Source of the DNA: Pseudomonas phage vB_PaePAO1-KEN19 | Length of the DNA stretch: 64,000 nt | Strand: one strand, 5' to 3' | Sequence record: PP456878.1 | Shown here: positions 12,497-22,600 of the stretch, one piece after another | Numbering within the stretch: the stretch's first letter is position 1 | Layout of the letters: the number at the start of each line of letters is the position of its first letter | Notes under the pieces: model-generated | Databases searched by the model: none | Seen by the model: the letters and a program-made list of their open reading frames with translations, nothing else | What the model was told of the DNA's origin: nothing | Position numbers and translations under genes: made by a program

Positions 12497-13945
12497 ATGT
12501 CAGACGGTATGGTTTTATACACTGACGGATCATTCCGACAGGGTAAAGCTGGTTGGGGTATTCATGGTTATACCTATGAAAATGTTGCAATGAAATCTAA
12601 AGCAGCCACCAAACAGCAACCAACAGCTAAGGGATACTTAGATGTAGGTGCAGATGAGACATGCACTGTTTTAAATTATATTGATGCATTTGGTAGTGTA
12701 ACTAATAACCCTACTAATAATACAGGTGAGCTAACCGCTGCAATTGAGGCTTTCAAAATAGCCCATGAAGCAGATGCACCTAGACTAACGATGCTCATGG
12801 ATAGTGAATACGTTAGAAAAGGTATGACCGCATATTTACCCAAATGGATTAAGTCCAATTGGATTAAATCAGACGGTACACCGGTAGCAAACCAGGACCT
12901 ATGGAAACAGATGGTCGAACTAAAAGCTAAATGGGAAGAAACTAATAAACCATTAAGCATCCAATGGGTCCGCGGTCATAACGGAGACATTGGTAATGAA
13001 AAAGCTGATGCTAATGCTAAGCTTGGTTCGGGACAGAATAATGATAAGCCAGTGATGGTTTCGGTTAAAGGCGAAGAAATTAACAAACTTAAAAAACAAG
13101 TTGTTAATCCACTTATCCTCGAAAGTAGGTTACTCTTCGCCATTAACTCTGGAGAAGAACCAGATGGGTTCTATTACACCTATAATTTAGGTCGTATGCA
13201 TAACTATGGTCATAAACCAAAAGACACTGCTAAAGATAAATTAGCTAAAGCTGATTTAATTTTAGGGCGTCGTATCTCTGAAGCAACCTTCAGTGTATAT
13301 AAGGCAAATGAGCCAGATGAGTATCTCCAGTTACTAATTAATATGCATACAGAAGCACTGGGTACTGAAAATCCAGAACTGGGTATCATCAATTTGGCAA
13401 ACGCATACCGTGCAACCATTCGACAGAAAATTGAATCCATGGGACTACCTGCTCTAGTCGTATGGAAAGATATCAATGTTTTGTCGACGCCAACAGATGA
13501 ACTCATTAGTCGGACTCTTAATCCACCACGTATGGCAAATGACGCTGTAGCTACATTTAATGTTATGCGCAGTCGTCTTGAAGATTACTTGGCTGGTAAA
13601 CTTGGAGAGTCGGTTGGTATTATTGATATTACCGAGCACTTCTTCGAGGAAGTCGCAAAGGGTAAGAAAGTTGGCTATCAACTACTTAAGACGATTACAT
13701 CTAATACAGGCTTTGTAGAAGTTCCGATCACATTTAAAGATCGTAAGATAAAATTAAAGCTTGTATTAAATATCGATATTCCAAGTAGAAACCAATTAGC
13801 TCGTATTGGAGCTAATAAAGTTAAAATGGAAATTCTTGTAGTAGCTGAAGGCCCATATTCTTATTCATATTCAATTGTGTTCGTGACTGATGATGGTTCA
13901 GCTATTTATCAATCACCCTATACACAATTTATTCTCCCAAAATAG
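12497..13945 (+). CDS. RNase H1 domain (aa 1-180) fused to a 300-aa C-terminal domain of unknown function
   Basis: YTDGS...NNTGELTAAIEAF...MDSEYV...GHNGDIGNEKADANAKLG give the DEDD catalytic set of type-1 RNase H. Confidence 0.75.
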   Translation: MSDGMVLYTDGSFRQGKAGWGIHGYTYENVAMKSKAATKQQPTAKGYLDVGADETCTVLNYIDAFGSVTNNPTNNTGELTAAIEAFKIAHEADAPRLTMLMDSEYVRKGMTAYLPKWIKSNWIKSDGTPVANQDLWKQMVELKAKWEETNKPLSIQWVRGHNGDIGNEKADANAKLGSGQNNDKPVMVSVKGEEINKLKKQVVNPLILESRLLFAINSGEEPDGFYYTYNLGRMHNYGHKPKDTAKDKLAKADLILGRRISEATFSVYKANEPDEYLQLLINMHTEALGTENPELGIINLANAYRATIRQKIESMGLPALVVWKDINVLSTPTDELISRTLNPPRMANDAVATFNVMRSRLEDYLAGKLGESVGIIDITEHFFEEVAKGKKVGYQLLKTITSNTGFVEVPITFKDRKIKLKLVLNIDIPSRNQLARIGANKVKMEILVVAEGPYSYSYSIVFVTDDGSAIYQSPYTQFILPK

Positions 13946-13955
13946 TGGGTATTCC

Positions 13956-14375
13956 ATGAACCTTATTAGCAGATTCAAAAAGTCGGTTAAGAATGGTTTC
14001 AGGGCAATTTGGATTAAGCTCTGGGACTATGCTGATCCCGAACTAAAGCGGATGTGCGTCATGGCGTCACTGTACTCCGTTATAGTACAGTGTAAGACAA
14101 ATGAGTGTGAAAAGATCTCTCATTTGAATTCTAACATGAAACTAGTACGCGATGAAGCTGCCTTACGACTCCCTATTCATTATGGGCCGTACGTATGGAA
14201 AGGCGTGATAGCAATCGATAAGATTGATAAAGCAGATCTAACCACTGATCAATTTTTCATGAGGCTTATTCGTAAGACTCCGTGTTGGATGAAATATGCT
14301 GATGATGCAACTTTTTTAAAGGATTTAAAAACCCTCTTTAAATTAAGTTTACATGAGAAGTGTATTCCAAATTGA
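13956..14375 (+). CDS. Hypothetical protein. Start trimmed to the ATG at 13956 to avoid overlap with the RNase H gene
   Basis: The ORF track starts at 13890, overlapping by 56 nt. The internal ATG sits right after the upstream stop. Terminator follows at 14391..14412. Confidence 0.5.
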   Translation: MNLISRFKKSVKNGFRAIWIKLWDYADPELKRMCVMASLYSVIVQCKTNECEKISHLNSNMKLVRDEAALRLPIHYGPYVWKGVIAIDKIDKADLTTDQFFMRLIRKTPCWMKYADDATFLKDLKTLFKLSLHEKCIPN

Positions 14376-14384
14376 TTGGTACGA

Positions 14385-14420
14385 CATAATGCCCTCTCCT
14401 TTGGGAGAGGGCTTATGCTG
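14385..14420. terminator. Bidirectional palindromic terminator (CATAATGCCCTCTCC-tttg-GGAGAGGGCTTATGCTGTT)
   Basis: Between convergent genes. Confidence 0.65.
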
Positions 14421-15335
14421 TTATCCAATGATTTCACGAAGAATATCTTCAGTGGCTTTCATTGTGTTTGCAGTCTCAACAATCTTGGTAAAGAGTGTTG
14501 AATAACGTTCAACATGGTCTGCTGCCCATGTAACCCCTTCAATTAATGTCTGTAATAGCTCTGGAGAGGTGTCAGAGTTACTATCCTTAACATCCTCCAT
14601 AAAGCTATCAATTAATTGACTAAGCGCTTCTGAAGCACGTTTTACATCATTTGGACGAACCCGTGATAAAATGCTACGAATATCGTTCATTTTCTTTGTT
14701 GCGTCAACAAATGAATTTAATGATGGGTAAAGCTTACCAAACTCAGCTGTACTTGACCGGTTGTCACTGTCATAGAAAGAAGCATCTTTAGCAAGATCAT
14801 TGATCGATGCCATTGCAAATGAATTAGCAAAGCCACGCTTATCCATTCGATCAGCACGCTGTTGTAGATAATATCCAAGTTGTGCTTTAACCGGGTCTAA
14901 TACCGCTGGAATAATAGTGGCCATTTCCTTAGCTTCTGTTAATAGATAATCAACATAGTCTGGAATCTCACCATTAAAACCAACTGGTTGTGGCACGATT
15001 GTATTTGCTACTTCTAAATAATCAATGTGTGAAACTAAATGGCGCATCTGCGCTGGATGGAACTCAGGAATAATTTGATTACTCCAGTTAGTCATCGACG
15101 TAAATGCATTACGAGCAGCGATAGCAAAATTAGCACCGCGTTTATTGATAATGTTAATAGCGTTTGTTGCGAAATTAGCTTCTTGAGAAATAGTCTCAGT
15201 AATATCTACAAGCTGTTGTTTTGGATCAACTTGTACTAAACTAATATCATCATTAACAATATTATCAGATTCAATTAGATCCTGACAATCATTTTCTAGT
15301 GAAATACTTTTAGCGTATTTATGGATGTTAAACAT
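14421..15335 (-). CDS. Hypothetical virion protein (304 aa). Possible distant paralog of the 4800/5997 family
   Basis: C-terminal W-containing segment resembles the paralog pair. Bidirectional terminator downstream. Confidence 0.5.
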   Translation of the reverse strand: MFNIHKYAKSISLENDCQDLIESDNIVNDDISLVQVDPKQQLVDITETISQEANFATNAINIINKRGANFAIAARNAFTSMTNWSNQIIPEFHPAQMRHLVSHIDYLEVANTIVPQPVGFNGEIPDYVDYLLTEAKEMATIIPAVLDPVKAQLGYYLQQRADRMDKRGFANSFAMASINDLAKDASFYDSDNRSSTAEFGKLYPSLNSFVDATKKMNDIRSILSRVRPNDVKRASEALSQLIDSFMEDVKDSNSDTSPELLQTLIEGVTWAADHVERYSTLFTKIVETANTMKATEDILREIIG

Positions 15336-15432
15336 GTCTTAATTTCCTTGCGCAAGGATTGTTGAATATGTAGACATAAAATTACTCTCCAAATCAATTA
15401 ATTGACTGTTTAACTTAAAAAATGGAGTCAAC

Positions 15433-16872
15433 ATGTTTGGTAAACATTTCGAACGTCCAGCTTTCCGACCGGCTCTTAACATCGGATGCCTTATGGACAT
15501 TTCAACTGGTAAGTATGAACAAGGTAAGCATGGTGAAATGATTCTAAATGGTGGTATGGGATCACTAACTGGTATTGCTTCACGACCTAACAATTTTAAA
15601 ACTGCATTAGGTATCTACCTCATGGCAATGATGCGCCGTGCTTTCCCCGGTGCACATGCAATGACTTACGATACAGAAGGTACATTAAACCCAGGTGCTC
15701 GATTTACATCTTTAGCACAAGCTTATCCTGAGCTAGCTGCTATCGATTGGGAAAATGATGAGCAATACATGTTTACTGACTTATCTCGTTATACTGGGGA
15801 TGAGTGGTTCAAAATCTTCCGAGATGCATTATCTGAAAAAGAGAAAGCTGAAAAAGATTATCTACGCACTACCCCATTTCTTGATGTGAATGGTAACAAT
15901 AAGAAAGCACTGTACCCAACTGGTGGATTCATTGATAGTTTCTCAAAGTTCATTGTCTCAGCTGTGTCTGAAATGTATGCTAAAAATGCTATCGGTGATT
16001 CTAAAGTAAACACTGATGCGATGACTAATGGTAAAGCCAAGAATCAGTTATTTAACCAACTGCCGCAGATCTGTGCTAAAACCAGTACATACATGATTCT
16101 CACTGCACACGTTGGAGATATTATTCAAATTGAGATGTACCCTACTGATAAACGTAATCTATCGCATATGAAGAAGGATACGGTTCTTAAAGGGGTATCA
16201 GGTGGTTTCTACTCTCTGCCGAATAATGTGTTTTCTATTGAATCTAATAAACCGTTAGTCAATAAAGAAAAAATGCCTTTATATCCAATTGACAATTCAA
16301 CTGCTATTGAAGGCGATACAGATCTACGTATTCTAGAAGTTATTAACTTACGTGGTAAAGGTGGAATTACTGGTCTACCATTCCATCTCATTGTTTCACA
16401 GACTGAAGGTATTCTTCCATCACTATCGGAATTCCATTATTGCCGTGAAAATGATTGGGGGATTGGTGGTAATAACATTAACTACTTCGTTGAGCTATGT
16501 CCTGATATCAAACTAAGCCGAACCACTGTTCGTAAGAAATTGATGGATAACCCTGCTCTACAACGAGCTGTTGAAATCCAATCTGAAATGCTACAATTAA
16601 TTCAATTCCAACGTTGGAATCTTGGAGATTATGTAGTAACTCCAGCCGAACTATATGCTGATCTTAAAGTAATGGGTTATGATTGGAATATTATTCTTAA
16701 TAATACCCGTGGCTATTGGATGTTCGAAGAAGACGAACAATTTAGTGATAAAAAATTCCTATCCACGTATGACCTACTACGCATGCGTAAAAGTGAATAT
16801 AAACCATACTGGATGACTGACGAAGAAAAAGCTAAAATTGTACCTCTTGAACTAGCTAAAGCAAAAGCTTAA
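15433..16872 (+). CDS. UvsX/RecA-like recombinase
   Basis: 'GGMGSLTGIASRPNNFKTALGIYLMAMMRRAFPGAHAMTYDTE' aligns with the T4 UvsX 'GGMQSGLLILAGPSKSFKSNFGLTMVSSYMRQYPDAVCLFYDSE' segment as I remember it. Downstream 'IDSFSKF' and 'YMILTAHVGD' fit the RecA core. Confidence 0.65.
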   Translation: MFGKHFERPAFRPALNIGCLMDISTGKYEQGKHGEMILNGGMGSLTGIASRPNNFKTALGIYLMAMMRRAFPGAHAMTYDTEGTLNPGARFTSLAQAYPELAAIDWENDEQYMFTDLSRYTGDEWFKIFRDALSEKEKAEKDYLRTTPFLDVNGNNKKALYPTGGFIDSFSKFIVSAVSEMYAKNAIGDSKVNTDAMTNGKAKNQLFNQLPQICAKTSTYMILTAHVGDIIQIEMYPTDKRNLSHMKKDTVLKGVSGGFYSLPNNVFSIESNKPLVNKEKMPLYPIDNSTAIEGDTDLRILEVINLRGKGGITGLPFHLIVSQTEGILPSLSEFHYCRENDWGIGGNNINYFVELCPDIKLSRTTVRKKLMDNPALQRAVEIQSEMLQLIQFQRWNLGDYVVTPAELYADLKVMGYDWNIILNNTRGYWMFEEDEQFSDKKFLSTYDLLRMRKSEYKPYWMTDEEKAKIVPLELAKAKA

Positions 16873-16948
16873 TGTTAGTATAGATGTTATCGCCAGTTTT
16901 AAAATAACTAGGGGTCAATAAGATCCCTAGTTATGTCAGGTTTGGTAT

Positions 16949-17299
16949 ATGAATGTTTACACTTATCAGATAGCTAAATATAAGTTAGTTATAGAGAAAG
17001 GAATAAAACCGCTAGACATAACTGTTAAATCAGGTGCATATCAACTCGCACCTACGTGGTTAATGGTTATGGGACATAAGAAAGGAATTATATCAAGTGA
17101 TGAATACACTGAAGCATATCTCAGTATGTTAGAGCAATCATTGATTGATAATCCAGAATTCTTTAAATGGTTCTTCCAATTAGAGGAAGTAGCATTAGGT
17201 TGTTATTGTCGCGCTGGTAATTTCTGTCACCGGCATTTATTAGTAGAATGGCTTGAAACAAAAACAGAGGTCATTTACTGTGGTGAGATATCAAAGTAA
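16949..17299 (+). CDS. Small protein with a C-terminal CxC...CHRHLL motif (DUF488-like?)
   Basis: 'GCYCRAGNFCHRHLLVEWL' resembles the DUF488/YeaO-type C-terminus. Weak, from memory. Confidence 0.35.
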   Translation: MNVYTYQIAKYKLVIEKGIKPLDITVKSGAYQLAPTWLMVMGHKKGIISSDEYTEAYLSMLEQSLIDNPEFFKWFFQLEEVALGCYCRAGNFCHRHLLVEWLETKTEVIYCGEISK

Positions 17300-17322
17300 A
17301 ATAAAGACCCTAAGGAACTATA

Positions 17323-17643
17323 ATGAAAACTACAGAAGATTATCGTTTAACACTTTGTCAACGTCTACGAATGTTTGATGTTGAACTATCAGAAGATCTA
17401 TTACGTCGATTACCAGTGTGTACAGACGTACCCACTTTATCAGCTTGCTTTCAGCAACTATTAGCTCAATACCCTAGTCAGACATTGACAGCTAGAACCA
17501 CCATTGATGATTCAGTCACCTTTGAAGTATGGTATGCTAATTTTCTAGCCAACATATTACCAATTCTTAAGAGGCACAGGTTACCTCCATGTACTGACCA
17601 GAATTCAATACCTGTCTATCAAGGGGTATCTCGCTCAAGCTAA
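17323..17643 (+). CDS. Hypothetical protein (106 aa)
   Basis: ORF with an upstream terminator hairpin at 16908..16930. Confidence 0.5.
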   Translation: MKTTEDYRLTLCQRLRMFDVELSEDLLRRLPVCTDVPTLSACFQQLLAQYPSQTLTARTTIDDSVTFEVWYANFLANILPILKRHRLPPCTDQNSIPVYQGVSRSS

Positions 17644-17675
17644 TGGTATGTTAAACAACCTTAAAGGAAATTACC

Positions 17676-18350
17676 ATGACTAAACGAGAATTGGTAGAAA
17701 AAGAATGCCTATGGATTATTGACATGTTTCTACCTGGTAGTAGTAATGTTGATATCTATAAAGAAATGTTTGCACGAATGAATGATGAGGAATTTGAGGA
17801 GTGGATTAATAAGTTAGATTCTGGTGAAGAGATGTTGGCATTATATGCTCCTAACTTATGCACTAAGCCTAAATTAACTATTAAGCAAAATTATAAAGTT
17901 GCTAAAGCGATTGGTCATAATTTATTCCAACACATCATTTTAACTGATCCAGGTACTGGCCAGGTATATCGAACTGCTAATAAACATTTAGTTGGTTTAA
18001 TACCAATCCGTCGTCAAGTACAAATGCTTGAGAAAAAGAAAAGTATTCCAGGTTCTAGTCACGTGATTGACCAGAGGTCAGGGCAGGTAACTGGTGATTC
18101 TAAAGGATCCCGTATGTCTGCACCAGAGATTCAAGTTAACGCTTCAAAAGGTCTCCGTTATTCCATGATCGAATTCATGAAACTGCGTGGTGGCGACCAG
18201 AAGGCGTATAATGCAATGAACCGCTCTATTATCGAAACTGGTAGTGCTTCTGTTGATTCCATCATGTCCACTTATGATACTACTGTGCAATCTAATAAAA
18301 CATTTGCATGTTATCTAAAAGGCATGATGCTACAAAATAACTTGGTGTAA
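17676..18350 (+). CDS. Hypothetical protein (224 aa)
   Basis: ORF; RBS AAAGGAAA. Confidence 0.55.
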   Translation: MTKRELVEKECLWIIDMFLPGSSNVDIYKEMFARMNDEEFEEWINKLDSGEEMLALYAPNLCTKPKLTIKQNYKVAKAIGHNLFQHIILTDPGTGQVYRTANKHLVGLIPIRRQVQMLEKKKSIPGSSHVIDQRSGQVTGDSKGSRMSAPEIQVNASKGLRYSMIEFMKLRGGDQKAYNAMNRSIIETGSASVDSIMSTYDTTVQSNKTFACYLKGMMLQNNLV

Positions 18351-18352
18351 TT

Positions 18353-18859
18353 ATGAATAATCGCCAGATTTATGAAGATATGTGCGAAGCTTTAATTGTA
18401 TCTAATACTGAGTTAGTAAATGGATACAGTGCTGAAATCATTGCGGATATTTTGGATTTACTAAATAACTGGAGTACCAATACTCATTGGTATCACATTG
18501 CTGATAAAACAGTTATTAGGGATATCTGGAATTTATTCCGTAATAAAGGTAATCGTCTTCAACCTATCTTAAGTTTAGTTAGTCGATTTAAGATGGCTGT
18601 TAATGATTGGGATGGTGTGGTGAAATTACTAGCTGATTCTATTTATCCTTATCAGCCTAATTCAACTATTGTTGACCAAGAAATGTTAGCGCGATTAATT
18701 CCACGAAAAGAATTAACTGACATTTTATACCAAAATGATTGGTTAGTTTGGATTATTTGCCAATGTTTAAATATCCGTTATATTACTAATATGGTTGAAT
18801 CTATCCCAGTTCAAGCTAAGCCATCTAAAAAGAAGGCGGTAAATAATAATGTTTCGTAA
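18353..18859 (+). CDS. Hypothetical protein (168 aa)
   Basis: ORF 3 nt after the previous stop. Confidence 0.55.
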   Translation: MNNRQIYEDMCEALIVSNTELVNGYSAEIIADILDLLNNWSTNTHWYHIADKTVIRDIWNLFRNKGNRLQPILSLVSRFKMAVNDWDGVVKLLADSIYPYQPNSTIVDQEMLARLIPRKELTDILYQNDWLVWIICQCLNIRYITNMVESIPVQAKPSKKKAVNNNVS

Positions 18860-19565
18860 AATCTTAATTGATCTTGACTCACTATTAGATACACGGTTAG
18901 GAACCATTAGGTTACTAAATAAAGATGCAGCTAATAAGCTTGTTACCAATGGTCAAATTTACTGGCATAGGGAAATGGATGATTGGACTAAACTAACAGA
19001 TGGTTTAGTAACTAATGAACAATTTGTCGAAGCTTATTCTAAACGTGGTGGTGAAAATACTGCTGACACTATCAATAGTTCTATATTCACTGGTATCATT
19101 CCATTTATTATTCAATTAATAGCCCAATCAGATTTGAATAGATTAGATGGTATAGTTAATGCTAATTTTGAAACATGTCTTGAAGTCAATATCTGGCCAT
19201 ATGAATTGACACCAGATGCTCAAGATGAATTACTATACTGCTTACATAAGTACATTGGTGATCATATTCAGATCACCCTGATTAATACTCCATTAACAGA
19301 CCTTACTTGTTCTAGATTAAACTCTATCTATTCAATGGCGATTATGTATAATTTTGGAGAATGGTGTAAAACCCATGTTCTTGAATTAGGACAAGTGTTG
19401 ATGCCTGACTTTACTATTATTGGTCCAAAGCTATTTGAGAAAGATGTAAGTGAATTAGCTGTTGAAGATAAACAGTTTATTATCATGGATTTCCAGTTAA
19501 AGCATAAACTTAATATCGACTTTGATTTCATCGATGCTGAATACTTTTCCATGTTTAAGCCATGA
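18849..19565 (+). CDS. Hypothetical protein (238 aa)
   Basis: ORF overlapping the previous stop. Followed by a plus-strand terminator at 19575..19610. Confidence 0.55.
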   Translation: MFRKILIDLDSLLDTRLGTIRLLNKDAANKLVTNGQIYWHREMDDWTKLTDGLVTNEQFVEAYSKRGGENTADTINSSIFTGIIPFIIQLIAQSDLNRLDGIVNANFETCLEVNIWPYELTPDAQDELLYCLHKYIGDHIQITLINTPLTDLTCSRLNSIYSMAIMYNFGEWCKTHVLELGQVLMPDFTIIGPKLFEKDVSELAVEDKQFIIMDFQLKHKLNIDFDFIDAEYFSMFKP

Positions 19566-19573
19566 TACCCAAT

Positions 19574-19610
19574 AGAAAGCCCTAATAGGGCTTTCTATGC
19601 TTTTTTTAGA
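19574..19610 (+). terminator. Plus-strand intrinsic terminator (AGAAAGCCCTAATAGGGCTTTCT then TTTTTTT)
   Basis: Hairpin followed by a U7 tract. Confidence 0.7.
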
Positions 19611-19639
19611 TATAACTGGTATGACGGCATGGTTAACAA

Positions 19640-19690
19640 TGAATCAACCTTAAAAGACAAAATAAAGCCCTCCCCGAAGGGAGGGCAATA
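19640..19690 (-). terminator. Minus-strand terminator after the collagen-like fiber gene (GCCCTCCC-TTCG-GGGAGGGC, then TTTATTTTGTCTTTT on the minus strand)
   Basis: Hairpin with UUCG loop plus a U-tract. Confidence 0.7.
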
Positions 19691-19697
19691 TGTCGTT

Positions 19698-22600
19698 TTA
19701 AATAACAGCACCTTTGGAAACTATCCAGTTAGTACCATCCCATAAGAGGGTAAGAACTGTTTTAGTATCACCTAGGTCATCTACTATTACTGGAGTACCA
19801 TTGTTCCATTGTAACACTGCACTAGAAAGTGTTGGCATAGCTACCTTACCAAGCAATACAAGAACAGCTGTGATCATACGATCAACAGGTCCATTCTCTA
19901 GTGTAATGGTTTGGTTAGCAGCAGTTTGAACCCTATAGCACTGTTGGTTAGCTGGTGTTAGAGTTAAAGCTGTACCAGTGAATGTACTTGATTTTAGGCT
20001 ATATGCATCGAATGATTTATCTAGCTTCTTCCAAGTAATATTAGTACCAGTACGGCTACGTAGCCAATCACCATCAGCGGTTACATCATTATTCGGCCCT
20101 TGGAATAGAGTCCATGATTTAGCCGCAGCATTACGTAGGAATAGTTGTCCACTAGTAGCATCAGCTTGATCAACTATAATAGTTACAGGTGTCCATTTAG
20201 AACCACTAGCTGTTTTCTCACGTACATAGTTAGTGCCATTAGCACCTTCACTAGGTACTTCACCAATAACTGCGGCTGGTACAGCTACCCATTCACCATT
20301 TTGCATACCCATTAGAGTATCATCGGTTTGCAGAGGTGCTACATCAACCCAGTTACCAGCTACACGACCTTGAGGCTTAGTAGCTTGTGCAGTATCGCGT
20401 ACTACATCTGAAGGAATTTCTGGGAATGTAATGGTAGCCCATTCAGTTTCACCCCCTGCAATACCTTTACGAACGTATTGTGCATTAACAACTGGACTAG
20501 GTACAGCATCAATGGCAGGTGTTGGTAATTCAATAGCAGTCCATTCAACAGCCCCGTCAGCGGTTGCTTTACGGCGACCATAGAAGACACCTACTTCAGC
20601 ATCTACCACCTCATCAACAGGTAGTTCAGTCCAACCGAGTTTGTACCGAACCATTTTCTTATCGACATCTTCTGGATCGACTTCACTAACTGGAACTGAC
20701 ATTAATTTGTAGAATACAACCCAGTTAGCATCTTTATACCAAACGGTACCAGTTTTGTCGATACACCAGTCACCACGATTACCATCGATAGAAGTGGGTG
20801 CAGTTTGACCTTCAGGTAGAATTACCCAAGAGGATCCACGTTCACCTTTCTGACCGGTTTTACCAGGGATACCTGGAACACCTTGTTTGCCCTCAGGACC
20901 TTCAGGACCCTGCGGACCCATGGCTAAGACACCTAGGCTTTCCCAAGTAAATGTACCTTCAGTATCGATACTTACAAATACTTCTACTTGTCCTTCAGTA
21001 TTGGTGCGAATGGCAATACCTTTACCTACGTTATCAGCAGATGCTACTGGTTTACCAGCATCATCACCAACATAGATAATTAATAGACCACCACCTTGTT
21101 TACCTTCAGGACCTTGTGGGCCTTCGACACCCTGGATACCCTGCTCACCATTTAGATTAATTGGGCCGATATAGCCATCAATTTCCTGACCTTGGTAAGT
21201 ATAGAGCATTGTACCTTCGTTAGTTTCAACCCAGTATGAATCACCAGTTACTAAGTCAGGATCAGTGTCTTTCTTTGGTAGTTGTGAAGCATCGGTTAAA
21301 ACACCTTTAATGTTTAAACCTTCACCCGGTTTACCTTGCGGACCTGCCATAATACCAATGCTAGTCCAGCGACTACCGTCCATGTTAACAAATACTTCGC
21401 CCGTGGACTTAACAGTATATGCTTTCCATTGGTTATCGGCAAGTGCTTCTGGTGGGGTATCTTCAGGAGTGTCAATCGCTGCGATGATCTGGATAGGTTC
21501 ACCAGCGGGACCTTGTGGGCCTTCTGGTCCCTCGGGTCCTTCTGGTCCCTGATCACCGTCTTTACCAGGTGCGCCATCTTCACCTTTAGGACCTCGATGT
21601 GTACCACTATTTACCCAATTACCATCTATCTTAACAAATAAGGTAGATGTGTCTTGTGTGAAGTACGCTGCCTGATCAGGAGCATCTGCCGGCAGGGCTG
21701 CCTCATTGGCAACAGCACCAGTAATAACTACGTTCTTACCATGTAGACTGATTAACCATTCACCCTCAGTACCAGTGAAGCCATTGTCCAATGCTACTTG
21801 GAAAGCCGATTTACCTTGTGCCCCTGGTTCACCAGGTAGACCTTGTTCGCCATCTTCACCTTGCGGACCTTCAGGGCCCTGCGGGCCACGGAATGAACCC
21901 ATGGCTGTCCATGAGATATCAACAGTCGGATCTTGGCCAGTCAGTACATAAACCGTATTGGTGGAACGTACTGAAACACCTTGGTATTGTTCTACACCAG
22001 TGGTGGTTAATAGATCATCAGCAGTTTCAACTGCTTTAACTACTTCTAAGTTACGACCTTGTGGACCAGGTTCACCTTGTTTACCATCGGGACCCGGATC
22101 ACCTGTATTACCTGGTTTACCTTGTGGGCCCTCAGGGCCTTGGAAAGTACCTAGGTCTGACCATGTCCCTTTTACAAAGATGAATAGATGTTCTGGTTTA
22201 CCAGCTTCCATAGTAACTAAGTATGCTTCTGATTCTTTAGCTACAGATGGATCAGGTAAATCAGCTGGTGATGGTAGTGAATCCTTAATGGTAAACGGCA
22301 TTGCTGGTTCACCCTGAGGACCTTCAGGACCAATTTCACCATCTTTACCTTGCGGACCCTCAGGGCCCTCAGGTCCACGTTCACCCTGTGGTGTAACTGG
22401 GAACCAATCATAGTCATCAATAGTTGGATTCTCTGGCGGATTATTACCTGAGATAAGCATCCACGCCCAGAGTTGATTATTCCATGAGTAAGCATCTCCA
22501 GGTTTATTACTTTCAGTCTTAGGTAATTCTAAGTTATTAGGCCAACGACCACGGATAACCAGACCAGTACCATCTGGACCACGAAGTGAACCTGTTTCAA

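Noticed and set aside
15339-15593. 84-aa minus-strand ORF overlapping the 5' end of the UvsX-like gene
   Set aside because: It overlaps the divergent promoter region and the start of a well-supported gene, and it has no RBS.
19714-22495. Many plus-strand ORFs of 60-120 aa inside the collagen-like fiber gene (for example 21265..21552, 21958..22317, 20887..21075)
   Set aside because: They are antisense or off-frame products of the GGnCCn-rich collagen repeats (translated as GPSGPSGP). They have no RBS and sit wholly inside an 1093-aa ORF with strong coding features.
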